Source: a virus | Taxonomy: Duplodnaviria > Caudoviricetes | IMG/VR virus record: IMGVR_UViG_3300046328_000525 | Location: 1-56,121 of that record | Reading direction: 5' to 3' (one strand) | Length of the DNA stretch: 56,121 nt | Part shown: positions 9,276-18,937 of the stretch, one piece after another | Numbering within the stretch: the first letter of the stretch is position 1 | How the letters are laid out: each line of letters begins with the position of its first letter | Translations under genes and position numbers: made by a program | The notes under the pieces: model-generated | Seen by the model: the letters and a program-made list of their open reading frames with translations, nothing else | Told to the model about the DNA's origin: nothing | Database searches by the model: none

Positions 9276-9485
9276 ATGAAAGTAACTAAAGCTAGATCAT
9301 TTGTAAAGGCTCTTAGCTATAGAATTTGGGGAACCTTATCCTCATTCGTTGTTGCTTATGTTCTGACTGGAGATGCTACTCTTTCAGGAGCAATCGCATT
9401 TTGGGAAACAGTAGTTAAAGTTTTTATTTATTATTCACACGAACGAGGCTGGAATAATATTCAGTGGGGAAGAATTAGTGAATGA
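9276..9485 (+). CDS. DUF2061-like membrane protein
   Basis: RSxVKALSYR...YYSHERGW. Confidence 0.85.
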   Translation: MKVTKARSFVKALSYRIWGTLSSFVVAYVLTGDATLSGAIAFWETVVKVFIYYSHERGWNNIQWGRISE

Positions 9486-10020
9486 TGTAGTAGTAATAAA
9501 TAATTTTATGAGAGATGGCGATTGTAATCGTTTAGTTTCCCATATAGATCATTTATGGGATAACTTTAACCTTGAGCCTAGAGGACTTTTAAAGCATAGG
9601 CTAATGAGATATGATGACAAAGTTATTAATAATTTAACACAAGAATATGCTCTAGCAGTAAAAGAATTAGTTCAAAGGTATGAAGATCCAGGATATGATC
9701 TATTTACTACAGACTACGGAATATTCGTATCTCATGAAGGGTATGAGATGCAGCCGCATATTGATACAATAAATGATTATGGCTTATTTGATTACTTAAA
9801 ATATGCTGCTGTTGTTTACCTAAATGATTTATATGAAGGCGGGGAAATATATTTCCCTAATATTGGATACTCTTATTCTCCTAAAAAGGGAGACTTGATT
9901 ATGTTCCCAGCTAATAGCGAAGAGTACCTACATGGCGTAAGTAAAGTTTTAAACGGAAACAGGTACACACTGGCATACTGGTATAGTGAAGATGGAGACT
10001 GGACTAAGTATTTTAGCTAG
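9478..10020 (+). CDS. 2OG-Fe(II) oxygenase (P4H-like)
   Basis: HID...YLND.YEGGE...H.V...R. Confidence 0.9.
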   Translation: MNDVVVINNFMRDGDCNRLVSHIDHLWDNFNLEPRGLLKHRLMRYDDKVINNLTQEYALAVKELVQRYEDPGYDLFTTDYGIFVSHEGYEMQPHIDTINDYGLFDYLKYAAVVYLNDLYEGGEIYFPNIGYSYSPKKGDLIMFPANSEEYLHGVSKVLNGNRYTLAYWYSEDGDWTKYFS

Positions 10021-10585
10021 AGAGGATATTAAATTCTGGATCTTCGGTTAGCCAAAAAAGCATGCTATATCTATCTTCAGAAACTTTGTTAACAACATGG
10101 TCGTATATTGGATCTTGAGAGGGCCAGGTTACTAGATCACCCTCGACTGGAGAATAAATGTATCCCAGCTTTTCAAAATCTAAAGTTCCATCCAGAGTCA
10201 TTGTTTTTAGATAAGTGCCGCAGCTATACTTAAACTGCTTATTGTTGCCTTGATCATTATCACCATGAATTGGAATTATTCCGCCAGCTTTTTGTTTTGC
10301 AAGCCAAAATGAATTTACATAAAGCTCAGAGTTGTCGTTATATGTTTCTTTTACATGAGCTATCACTAGATCAAAATACTTATAAACTAAATCTTTAATT
10401 GGATCTACTAGCTTTAAATCAAATCTAGATTCATTGTGATACCCGTCTTTTCCAAATGGTAGGGTGAATAGAAGTCTTTTAGGCCCAGTGCTAAATAAGT
10501 TTATATTAGATTCAATGAAGTTGATTATCTCTTTGCAGTCTGATTCTGATACAAACTTATTTTTAATTAATATTTGATGGTCCAT
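10013..10585 (-). CDS. 2OG-Fe(II) oxygenase
   Basis: HGD...H.V...RY. Confidence 0.85.
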   Translation of the reverse strand: MDHQILIKNKFVSESDCKEIINFIESNINLFSTGPKRLLFTLPFGKDGYHNESRFDLKLVDPIKDLVYKYFDLVIAHVKETYNDNSELYVNSFWLAKQKAGGIIPIHGDNDQGNNKQFKYSCGTYLKTMTLDGTLDFEKLGYIYSPVEGDLVTWPSQDPIYDHVVNKVSEDRYSMLFWLTEDPEFNILSS

Positions 10586-10707
10586 TTTATAAGTATATCA
10601 TTTATGCTATAATAAATAAATAGGCGGGGTGTTGAATAAAAAGTGGACATATGGTACTATAGGACAGTGAAGCTTTATCAGCTGTTTATTATTTAAAGGA
10701 GATAAAA

Positions 10708-11427
10708 ATGGAACTAAAAGAAAAACTACATGAGAATGTATATTACTATACTAATGTTTTGGAAGACCCTGCTGCACTTGTAAATGCATTTGAGGATACA
10801 GAAAATAATCCAGGCATTAATGAAGTAGTTCCTGTTTATAAGAACTGGGAGTCTAGTAGTTCTGACGGAGTAAACTTTGGAAGAAAAAAAGATGTTCGTA
10901 TGGAAAATCTAGATAAGCTTGATCCAGAAAATAGAGAAAAAGCTGAGTACATCATCAATACTGTTCAAGGTGCAATTAAAAAGGTTGCAGAGGCTTTTGT
11001 AAAAGATAAAGGCCTAGACATTGTTCCTAACGTTTCTCCATTTGTCGGTGTTGCAAAGTACCTTACTGGTTGTGAAATGGGTGCACACTTTGATGCACAG
11101 GCTGGAGATGAAACTCTTAGATATTCAATTATCCTTTATTTGAATGATGACTATGAAGGCGGCGAAATCTCATTCATCATCAGAGAGCCTGATCTTAGAC
11201 TTCCAGAAAATGGTAAGTATAGACCATTGTCTGATATCAATGCTCCAGAGAACAAAGACAAGGTTGATTTCTATCTTAAGCCAAAAGCTGGAGAAGCTTT
11301 GATTTTTCCTTCAGTAGCTCCTTACAGACACCAAGTTCATATTATGAAGAGCGGTGCAAAGTATATTATCCCAGGGTTCATCCTTTCAGATGGATATGTT
11401 CCTGAGGGATATGACAAAAGTATGTAG
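10708..11427 (+). CDS. 2OG-Fe(II) oxygenase (P4H-like)
   Basis: HFD, YLNDDYEGGE, FPS..PY.H. Confidence 0.9.
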   Translation: MELKEKLHENVYYYTNVLEDPAALVNAFEDTENNPGINEVVPVYKNWESSSSDGVNFGRKKDVRMENLDKLDPENREKAEYIINTVQGAIKKVAEAFVKDKGLDIVPNVSPFVGVAKYLTGCEMGAHFDAQAGDETLRYSIILYLNDDYEGGEISFIIREPDLRLPENGKYRPLSDINAPENKDKVDFYLKPKAGEALIFPSVAPYRHQVHIMKSGAKYIIPGFILSDGYVPEGYDKSM

Positions 11428-11446
11428 CTCTGATTGGAGACATTTA

Positions 11447-12082
11447 ATGGATTATGAAATTCCACATGAGAATATTGTTTATTTTAAAGGCGTTATAACC
11501 AATATCAAAGAAATAATTGAACTTATTGAGTCTTTAGGAAGCAAAGCAGTTTCTCCTTGGGAAGTGTGGTATGCACATAACGATACCCATGAATACGGAA
11601 GCTTTAAGTCATTGAGAAGAAGTTTGCTTGAGGAAGAATCTGATCTAGACATTAAGAGTAGATCAGCTTATCTTATTCAATCTCTAACTGACTACATGGC
11701 ACAATGTGCATCAAAGTATTCAGAGATATATGGAATTAGCCCAGTTGATTTAGAATATGCAGTTTTTGCATTAAATCATGAGCAAACAAAGTTTGGTATA
11801 AACAAATACTTTGAAAATCGACATATGGGTCCTCACGTCGACTGGAATGAATTTAATAGCGATATTAGATTTACTATAGTTGTTTATTTAAATGATGATT
11901 ACGAAGGTGGAGAGATTTATTTTAACAATCAGGATGTGAAGATCAAGCCACAGGCGGGAAGCATAGTTATGTTCCCATCTAAGCTTCCTTACTTGCACGA
12001 GTCTTTAAATATAACAAAAGGAAGAAAAATGCTGATTACACACCATTGGAAAGGCGAAAAGCATGCACCAAATGAGCAGTAG
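11447..12082 (+). CDS. 2OG-Fe(II) oxygenase (P4H-like)
   Basis: HVD, YLNDDYEGGE, PYLH; GGAG RBS before ATG11447. Confidence 0.9.
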   Translation: MDYEIPHENIVYFKGVITNIKEIIELIESLGSKAVSPWEVWYAHNDTHEYGSFKSLRRSLLEEESDLDIKSRSAYLIQSLTDYMAQCASKYSEIYGISPVDLEYAVFALNHEQTKFGINKYFENRHMGPHVDWNEFNSDIRFTIVVYLNDDYEGGEIYFNNQDVKIKPQAGSIVMFPSKLPYLHESLNITKGRKMLITHHWKGEKHAPNEQ

Positions 12083-12173
12083 TGATTTTGATAGAGAGTT
12101 TGATTTAGAGGCGGTAATTAAATTAATTGCTGTGGAGGATAAAGAGCTGATAGAAAGGCTAAGCAATGAGTAA
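12072..12173 (+). CDS. tiny protein, paralog of 18247..18369
   Basis: FDxEFD...DKELxERL in both. Confidence 0.55.
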   Translation: MSSSDFDREFDLEAVIKLIAVEDKELIERLSNE

Positions 12174-12357
12174 GAGATCTGATAAGATAGTTAAAAGAGC
12201 TAATAAAAAGCGTGAGCACGAGCAGTACTTAAAGCGTTTATTTTATAAGTACGGGCATGGCCTCAAGCTAACTTCAAATCGTGAAGCGGTGGGCAATAAA
12301 TATTTTGATAGAATGACAGCGGACAAGATTGTAAAGGAAGTAGAAGTAAATGATTAA
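12166..12357 (+). CDS. basic hypothetical protein
   Basis: coupled ORF. Confidence 0.6.
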   Translation: MSKRSDKIVKRANKKREHEQYLKRLFYKYGHGLKLTSNREAVGNKYFDRMTADKIVKEVEVND

Positions 12358-12646
12358 GCCACTGGGCAATATGATTTTGATAGAAAAGATTGAAACTGGA
12401 GACAAAACAACGTCTACTGGATTAGTTATTTCAGCATCATTTATGGAGCAGGGTCCCAAGAAGGGAACAATTGTTGCTATGGGTAATGGAGAGCAAAACT
12501 ACCTAGGAGACATTATTCCTATTGCAGAGCTTAAAGTAGGCCACACTGTATTTTACCCAGATCACGCTGGAACAGATATTGAAGATGAGGATGGCAAAAA
12601 GTATTTGCTCATTACTAGCAAAAATATCTTAGCGGTACAGCAGTGA
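12350..12646 (+). CDS. groES: co-chaperonin GroES
   Basis: IKPLG..., TSTGLVI, G.IVA.G.G, KVG.TV.Y, ILAV. Confidence 0.92.
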   Translation: MIKPLGNMILIEKIETGDKTTSTGLVISASFMEQGPKKGTIVAMGNGEQNYLGDIIPIAELKVGHTVFYPDHAGTDIEDEDGKKYLLITSKNILAVQQ

Positions 12647-12790
12647 TTAATAGATTAATTTGTAAGATTAAGGGTCACAAGGAAGAGTTTGCTGGCTCAT
12701 GTTCATATACTGGACAGACATATAATCATTGCACAAGATGTGACGCAATGATCCCTTTACAGTATATTGATTAATTGATATAATCTAAAA

Positions 12791-13003
12791 ATGAGAAAAC
12801 TACTTGACGGAGTATATAGCTTTTTGCCTAGAATGTATCAGGGTGCAGAAGTTGAAGAGTTTGAAAAGGCTGTAGATTTAACTATTCATACTAAAGCTCC
12901 AGGTAAATGGTTGCTTATTGATCTTGAAACAGGGCAAGAGTATATAGGCGCTACAGTTCCAACTAAGTATGGAAGATGGCGTAGAATAAAAGACAAGCAT
13001 TAA
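12791..13003 (+). CDS. hypothetical protein
   Basis: leaderless TGATATAAT-N6-ATG. Confidence 0.7.
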   Translation: MRKLLDGVYSFLPRMYQGAEVEEFEKAVDLTIHTKAPGKWLLIDLETGQEYIGATVPTKYGRWRRIKDKH

Positions 13004-13051
13004 TTTAATTAATTGTATAAAAGTACAATTAATCTTATACAAAGGAAAAAA

Positions 13052-13627
13052 ATGAAGACAGTAGGAGACAAGTTAAGCAACTTTAATGTTGTTGGCGTAA
13101 AGCCAGGTAGACTAGATTCAGCAGATGATGTTTTTGAAGTCATCAATGAGAAGTCATTTCCTGGTAAGTGGAAGGTTATTGTATTTTATCCAAAGGACTT
13201 TACATTTGTATGTCCAACTGAGATCGTTGCGTATGATAAGTTAGTTGAAGACTTCAATGATCGTGATGCAGTTCTTATGACGGGCTCAACAGATAATGAA
13301 TTCTGTAAGGTTGCATGGCGAAATGCTCATCCAGATCTAGCAAAAACAAACTCATGGATGTTTGCAGATCAAGTACGTGGATGGTCATATGATGCAGAAA
13401 CTGATACAGCTGTAAGCGGCTTGGCAGAGCAGCTAGGTATCTTGACTCCACAGGGAGTGGCCCTTCGTGCTACATTTATTGTGGATCCAAATGATGTTAT
13501 CCAGCATGTAACTGTAAATAATTTAGATGTTGGACGTAGCCCAGAGGAGACATTAAGAATTCTTGATGCTCTTCAAACAGGAGAGCTATGTGCATGTAAT
13601 CGTACTGTAGGCGGGGCAACTCTATAA
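13052..13627 (+). CDS. ahpC: peroxiredoxin AhpC
   Basis: FYPKDFTFVCPTE; GELCACN. Confidence 0.95.
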   Translation: MKTVGDKLSNFNVVGVKPGRLDSADDVFEVINEKSFPGKWKVIVFYPKDFTFVCPTEIVAYDKLVEDFNDRDAVLMTGSTDNEFCKVAWRNAHPDLAKTNSWMFADQVRGWSYDAETDTAVSGLAEQLGILTPQGVALRATFIVDPNDVIQHVTVNNLDVGRSPEETLRILDALQTGELCACNRTVGGATL

Positions 13628-14139
13628 TGTCTTGGGTAGATACTCTTAAGGAATCCTTGCCAGAGTACGCCAAGGATATCAAGCTTAATCTTGATGCAGT
13701 AATTAATAGAAGCTCATTTGATCCAGAATATGCCTCAGCACTTGCATTGGCAGCAGCAGTTCAAACAGGAAATGCAAAACTAATTCAGTTTATTGCAGCA
13801 GGTGTATCTGATGAGACTGAAAGAAATGCGGCCCTAACTGCTGGAGCAATCATGGCGCAGAATAATATCTGGTACCCATACCTAGAGATGCTTGGAGATG
13901 CAAATGTTAGCGGGCTCCCAGCTCAGCTAAGAATGAATTCTATTGCTACCCACGGTGGAAGTACCAAGGCAAAGTTTGAATCTTATGCATTGATTGCTTC
14001 CATTATTGGTAAGTGCCACTTCTGCGTGACTGGTCATGCAGATACTCTTCGCAATGAGGGATATGCCTCAGAACAATTAAGGGACCTAGGAAGAATTGCT
14101 GCAACAGTAAATGCTTTAGCAAAAATTCTTAGTGCTTGA
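13627..14139 (+). CDS. ahpD: alkyl hydroperoxide reductase AhpD
   Basis: LPEYAKDIKLNL; MAQNNIWY; CHFC; follows ahpC. Confidence 0.93.
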   Translation: MSWVDTLKESLPEYAKDIKLNLDAVINRSSFDPEYASALALAAAVQTGNAKLIQFIAAGVSDETERNAALTAGAIMAQNNIWYPYLEMLGDANVSGLPAQLRMNSIATHGGSTKAKFESYALIASIIGKCHFCVTGHADTLRNEGYASEQLRDLGRIAATVNALAKILSA

Positions 14140-14215
14140 CACACAGAAATAAATAAGTTATAATAAAACATAACAAGGCCCATACCTCTGCAGTGCAAGT
14201 ATGGGCTATCTGTTT

Positions 14216-14292
14216 GATCTCATAGCTCAATTGGTTAGAGCGCTACCCTGTCACGGTAGAGGTTGCGAGTTCAAGTCTCGTTGGGGTCGCCA
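14216..14292 (+). tRNA. tRNA-Asp(GUC)
   Basis: CTACC-CTGTCAC-GGTAG; encoded CCA. Confidence 0.93.
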
Positions 14293-14293
14293 A

Positions 14294-14367
14294 GCGTCAA
14301 TAGCCCAAATGGTAGAGGCGTCAGTCTTAGGAACTGATGGTTGTAGGTTCGAGTCCTACTTGATGCA
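14294..14367 (+). tRNA. tRNA-Leu(UAG) with short variable loop
   Basis: TCAGT-CTTAGGA-ACTGA; 5-nt variable region; A73. Confidence 0.85.
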
Positions 14368-14377
14368 CGATATTAAG

Positions 14378-14521
14378 GTTGAGTGGCAGGTGTATAGACT
14401 GACTCCCGACGGGGACAACTGGAGGCCAACGAGCTTATGTAAAGCCTCATATATCAGATTAGTAAGTTAGTTTGCTCGTAGACTTATTAATCAGCCCTAC
14501 TGCAACATAGAAGTTGTCCCA
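14378..14521 (+). ncRNA. putative structured RNA in tRNA cluster
   Basis: GGGACAACT/AGTTGTCCC closing stem; GATTAGTAAGTT/GACTTATTAATC; GAGGC/GCCTC. Confidence 0.55.
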
Positions 14522-14558
14522 TTAAATTGGCGTTGAACTTCTTACAGGATAGGGATTT

Positions 14559-14629
14559 AGGGTCTAAGTGTTACGGAAGCACTACCGTCTCCAAAGCGGT
14601 AAGCCTAGGTTCGACTCCTAGAGACTCTG
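14559..14629 (+). tRNA. tRNA-Trp(CCA)
   Basis: AGGGTCT/AGACTCT; ACCGT-CTCCAAA-GCGGT. Confidence 0.88.
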
Positions 14630-14785
14630 CGGGTAACATTTGTATTGCAGACTATAGTTTAACTAGCTATTAAACTGAACGTCGACTGCTTACGCAAATT
14701 GCAGGGGCAACTAGGAGTCTACTGCACGATCTCGTCGGGGGATTCGGTTAATGTCCTTACAGTGTGGAATCTATAAACTGACCCG
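14630..14785 (+). ncRNA. putative multibranch RNA in tRNA cluster
   Basis: CGGGT/ACCCG ends; AGTTTAA/TTAAACT, TGCAG/CTGCA and further hairpins. Confidence 0.5.
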
Positions 14786-14792
14786 ACATAAT

Positions 14793-14875
14793 GGAAGTAT
14801 GGCAGAGTGGTCGAATGCAACGGTTTGCTAAATCGTAGATCGAAAGATCCATAGGTTCGAATCCTATTACTTCCG
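14793..14875 (+). tRNA. tRNA-Ser(GCU)
   Basis: GGAAGTA/TACTTCC; ACGGT-TTGCTAA-ATCGT; long arm; G73. Confidence 0.92.
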
Positions 14876-14879
14876 CTTT

Positions 14880-14959
14880 CCGTCATATGTTCCAAGGTGG
14901 GACAGGGGACTGTAAATCCCCCGCTGATAGCATGCTTGGTTCGATTCCAAGATGACGGA
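14880..14959 (+). tRNA. tRNA-Tyr(GUA) with C1:G72
   Basis: CCGTCAT/ATGACGG-A; GGGGA-CTGTAAA-TCCCC; long variable arm. Confidence 0.85.
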
Positions 14960-14964
14960 CTCGT

Positions 14965-15038
14965 TCTCTCTTCGTCCAACGGTAGGACTCCTGATTTTGG
15001 CTCAGGCAATCTTGGTTCGAATCCAGGGGAGAGAGCCA
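14965..15038 (+). tRNA. tRNA-Gln(UUG)
   Basis: CCTGA-TTTTGGC-TCAGG; encoded CCA. Confidence 0.9.
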
Positions 15039-15814
15039 TATCCTATCTTTTGATAGTATGTGTAGATGTATTCGTTTAGTTTATCTTTTGTGATTGAAGG
15101 AACTTTTAATTGCGGTAAATTAAATTTAATAAAGTTGCTCCATGAATCATAAAAGTCTATTCCATATCTTCCTATATGTGCTGCAATTATTACGTCCCAG
15201 CAACAGCATTCGGTTTCTGGAACTCCCTCGTGTGGTCTCTTAAATATTGTTCCAGCAGCTTTAAGGTGGTGTGTTAAAGGAACTATGCTTTGTGCAAATA
15301 GCTGCTCGATCCCATAAAACCAAACATTAGTGCAGTCAGGTACATTCTGATTAAATGAACGAATAAAAGAGTTGATATAGTCTTTATGTATAAACTGACT
15401 GTTTAAATCATATGCGTTATGATCTAGGTATGCAAAGTCAAAATGGTGGGAGGACTCAAAAGACTTTGGATCATCATGAATGATAGTCATATTATCAGGG
15501 AGGGCATTATTGGATAGAAATAGATTTATTATATCTAGATCAGACTCAACTACAGTTACAGTAGATACATTATCCTTAGACGCTATCCATAATGGCATGT
15601 ATCCTAGACCAAGCTTATTTAATAATACATCTCCGTAAGCTAGATCGTAAGCTGAATATTGTTGCTTTAAAGAATTATTGGTAAAGAAATTTACCCCATC
15701 TATGATTTTATCATTACTGATTAAATCAACCATAAAGTTATTTGTTTTAATTGACGCTGAATTTAATTCAGAATCTGGTATAAATATTGCTGGAACCGTT
15801 GACAAGTTGAACAT
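15002..15814 (-). CDS. class I SAM-dependent methyltransferase-like protein
   Basis: GDVL..LGLG, VTVVE.D.DII, IIHDD, FDFAYLD. Confidence 0.7.
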   Translation of the reverse strand: MFNLSTVPAIFIPDSELNSASIKTNNFMVDLISNDKIIDGVNFFTNNSLKQQYSAYDLAYGDVLLNKLGLGYMPLWIASKDNVSTVTVVESDLDIINLFLSNNALPDNMTIIHDDPKSFESSHHFDFAYLDHNAYDLNSQFIHKDYINSFIRSFNQNVPDCTNVWFYGIEQLFAQSIVPLTHHLKAAGTIFKRPHEGVPETECCCWDVIIAAHIGRYGIDFYDSWSNFIKFNLPQLKVPSITKDKLNEYIYTYYQKIGYGSLPWIRTKIA

Positions 15815-15862
15815 AATATACTATTATATCACTATTGATTGACTAAAAGAAAAGGGTTTAAA

Positions 15863-16564
15863 TTGAAAATTGATGTGCTTGATAAAGGATATGTTAGATT
15901 AGTTGATACTCTAGGTAGCGATTTATCTATTGCCAATGCTGCAAGAGTGTCTTATGATAAAGAGTCAGACGATATGTCTGAAAAGGACGCTAAGTTAATT
16001 AAATTTTTATGGGATGAAAAGCACACCTCCCCATTTAGACATGCAGCAATGACATTTGAAGTTTATGCACCTTTGGTGGTCGCTAGACAGTGGTGGAAGT
16101 ATGCTGTATCTTCTACCCATGTTGATGATCAAAATGGCTGGAATGAGTCTTCTAGGCGCTATATCACAGAGAATGAAGAGTTTTATATCCCAAAGGGATC
16201 AGAATGGCGCTCAAAGCCAGAAAATAGTAAGCAAGGCTCTGGCCCAGTATTAGATTCTGATGTTGGCGGATACTTTACAAATAAGTTGTTTGACACAGTA
16301 GAAGCAGGTAATAAGCTTTACCATGAAGCAATGGAGGCAGGAATCGCACCAGAGCAAGCAAGATTATTCCTTCCAGCATACGGAATGTATGTTCGTTGGC
16401 GGTGGACAGTAAGCCTTCAAGGGGTACTTACATTCTTGGATCAGAGACTAGAACATGATGCTCAAAAAGAAATTCAAGAGTATGCACAAGCGGTAAGAGA
16501 TTTAACTAAACAATCATTCCCCTATACATATAAGGTTGCCTTAGATAAGGATAATAATGATTGA
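15863..16564 (+). CDS. thyX: flavin-dependent thymidylate synthase
   Basis: AARVSY, HTSPFRH, ARQW, NESSRRY, PEQAR, HDAQ.EI. Confidence 0.95.
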   Translation: MKIDVLDKGYVRLVDTLGSDLSIANAARVSYDKESDDMSEKDAKLIKFLWDEKHTSPFRHAAMTFEVYAPLVVARQWWKYAVSSTHVDDQNGWNESSRRYITENEEFYIPKGSEWRSKPENSKQGSGPVLDSDVGGYFTNKLFDTVEAGNKLYHEAMEAGIAPEQARLFLPAYGMYVRWRWTVSLQGVLTFLDQRLEHDAQKEIQEYAQAVRDLTKQSFPYTYKVALDKDNND

Positions 16565-17003
16565 TAATGAGCCTAGCCTTAAAGAAAGTATTTTATCTTT
16601 ATACGCAGAAGGTAAGTCGTACAGAGAAATTGTCGACATTTTAGGATGTTCTAAATCTACTGTATCTTATTATTGTGGTAAGGGCCAAAAAGAAAAAACA
16701 AAGAATCGGCAAAAGCAATCAAGACATCGTAATATTGCATTTATACGTGAATATAAGCAAGGTAAGCGTTGTACAGATTGTAGAGAAGATTACCCTTACT
16801 GGATGTTAGAGTTTGATCACTTGCCTGGATATGAAAAGCTATTTACAATTGGCGGGAGAAGGCCAAGAGATTTTACTATAGAGCAGATTACTGAAGAGAT
16901 ATCTAAATGTGAAATAGTATGCTCTAATTGTCATAGGAATCGTACATACTGGAGACAAAATAAAAATGGCGAGTATGCAGACACAGAAAACTATTATGAA
17001 TAA
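16557..17003 (+). CDS. HTH plus HNH endonuclease
   Basis: SYREI...GCSKSTV; CTDC...EFDH...KC.IVC.NCH. Confidence 0.85.
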   Translation: MIDNEPSLKESILSLYAEGKSYREIVDILGCSKSTVSYYCGKGQKEKTKNRQKQSRHRNIAFIREYKQGKRCTDCREDYPYWMLEFDHLPGYEKLFTIGGRRPRDFTIEQITEEISKCEIVCSNCHRNRTYWRQNKNGEYADTENYYE

Positions 17004-18873
17004 TGAATATAACCATGAATGAACTTATTATGATCAAGCAGGCTGTATCTACAGTAGCACTTGAAAATGAATGGGATGATGCAAAACAGCAAGAATTATT
17101 TAATGGGGCAGTCTCTGAAATAATTAAATCTAGAACTAGAGTAAGTAAAAAGAAAAGGCATAGGCAATGATTCATTGGATCTCAGGATTTGTAGGCGGAG
17201 TACTATTTGTGGCGGTAGCCCTATGGTGGATATTAGGTTCAGATGATAATTAAACTATTATGGATTGGCTGCTCGTTAATTGTATTTAAGAATGTATTTA
17301 AATCTTTCATTAAAGAAGAATTAGATACTTGGGATGAATTAGATACCGCTACATTTATTATGCTAGGTGCTGTTTCTCTTCTAATTTCTATGTGGGGTCC
17401 CCTTGTAATTATCGGCTATATTCTATATAATGTATTAGAAGGAATTGTACAGGCTATTAATGAAAGGTATAAGAATGACACACGATGAATTGCTAGCAAA
17501 GATAGATAAGCCATATTTCTTTACTGAAATGATAACTGAATCTAAAATAGAAATAGATAAAAAAATTGCAGCCCTTCGTGCAGTAGTGGAATTGCATAAG
17601 CCTAGAAAAGAATCTATCTCGGGAGATTGTAATGAGTGTTTAAATTACTTTGATTCAGCGGAGTATCCTTGCCCAACTATTCAGGCTATTGAGAAGGAGT
17701 TAGAGTAATGGATAGATCAGATCTTTATACTCCGCCTAAAACACATAATAGTGGAGCGGAAACTTGGTGGGCTCAGGTTGATTTTGTAATTAATTATATA
17801 CAAGAAGATATTGCTAAGAAAATTGACCGTTGGCATATGGCTGGATGTATGGCGGGAACTAAATGCGATCAAGGTCGCTGTGATTGTGAAGAAATGATTA
17901 AGATTGCGAGAGGCAAAGATGAGTAAAGATAGGCGAGATATTATTGGCTATAAGTATAAGGATGATGAGCAAGAACTTCGTGAGAAGATTGCTCAAGAAA
18001 TTCTTGAGTGGGCACAAAAGTATCATGATAATCCAATAGTTGAAAACTGTGTTCGTATTGCGAGGGGACAATGATTGCAATTAATGGACCAATGCAAGGT
18101 AAATTCTATAATACCTCAGATATAACTAAGACAGTTATTGATCATATAAGGACTGAGTATGCTATATTTGAACTTACTTATTACCGTACCCACAATGGAT
18201 GGGCATTTCATTCATGGAAAAATCTGTTTAGTTTGAGGGGGATTTAATGACTAGCGAAGAAAAGTTTGATAAAGAGTTCGACTTTGAAAGATATAAGCAA
18301 TTAAAGAATATTGTGGCGGAACTAGGTAAGCAGGATAAAGAACTATTAGAAAGACTGGCAGATGATTGATTGGTTAGTTAATCGTATATTTAGCTGGAAG
18401 CCATTGTATGAGGCGGTTACAACAGAAGTTCATATGTACGATATGATTAAAGAAAGCCTAAAAGATACTACACCTGGGTCTTTACATTGGAATGATGGTG
18501 ATGGCTGGCGGTCATGGACATATAGTTCAGAGCGGAACAAATATTACTTTAATGATATTCCAACAGAATCCCTAGGAGAAGCAATGAGATATACATTAGA
18601 GTCTCATGGCCCTGAATTTGATATGGATGAAGTCTGGTAATGGCTCGGAATAAATACAAAAGAAGATACAGCCGTAAATCCCTTGAAGAAGAGAAGGCTC
18701 TGGCTATAAAAGAAGCTGATCGAATTAGACGGAAGATAGAGCAGATTAATAATAACTCTACTAATCATATATCTGATGAAGAGTCAGCAAGACAGGCCCA
18801 AGCCTTAAATGATCTTAGGCCATTAAAGTCACATAAAGTATCTACATATAAACGTAAAATTAAACACAAATAG
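17003..18873 (+). CDS. run of small coupled hypothetical genes (17003-17170, 17243-17488, 17475-17708, 17708-17926, 17919-18074, 18247-18369, 18362-18640, 18640-18873)
   Basis: overlapping start/stop codons; no recognised domains. Confidence 0.6.
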
Positions 18874-18937
18874 GTCGCAATTAGTGCGGCAAAAAGTGAA
18901 AAAGTTCGGCGGTAGAGACATCCTGTCAGTACCTGAC

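Noticed and set aside
14201-15079. ORFs 14201..14470, 14719..15039 and 14897..15079
   Set aside because: They overlap clear tRNA genes
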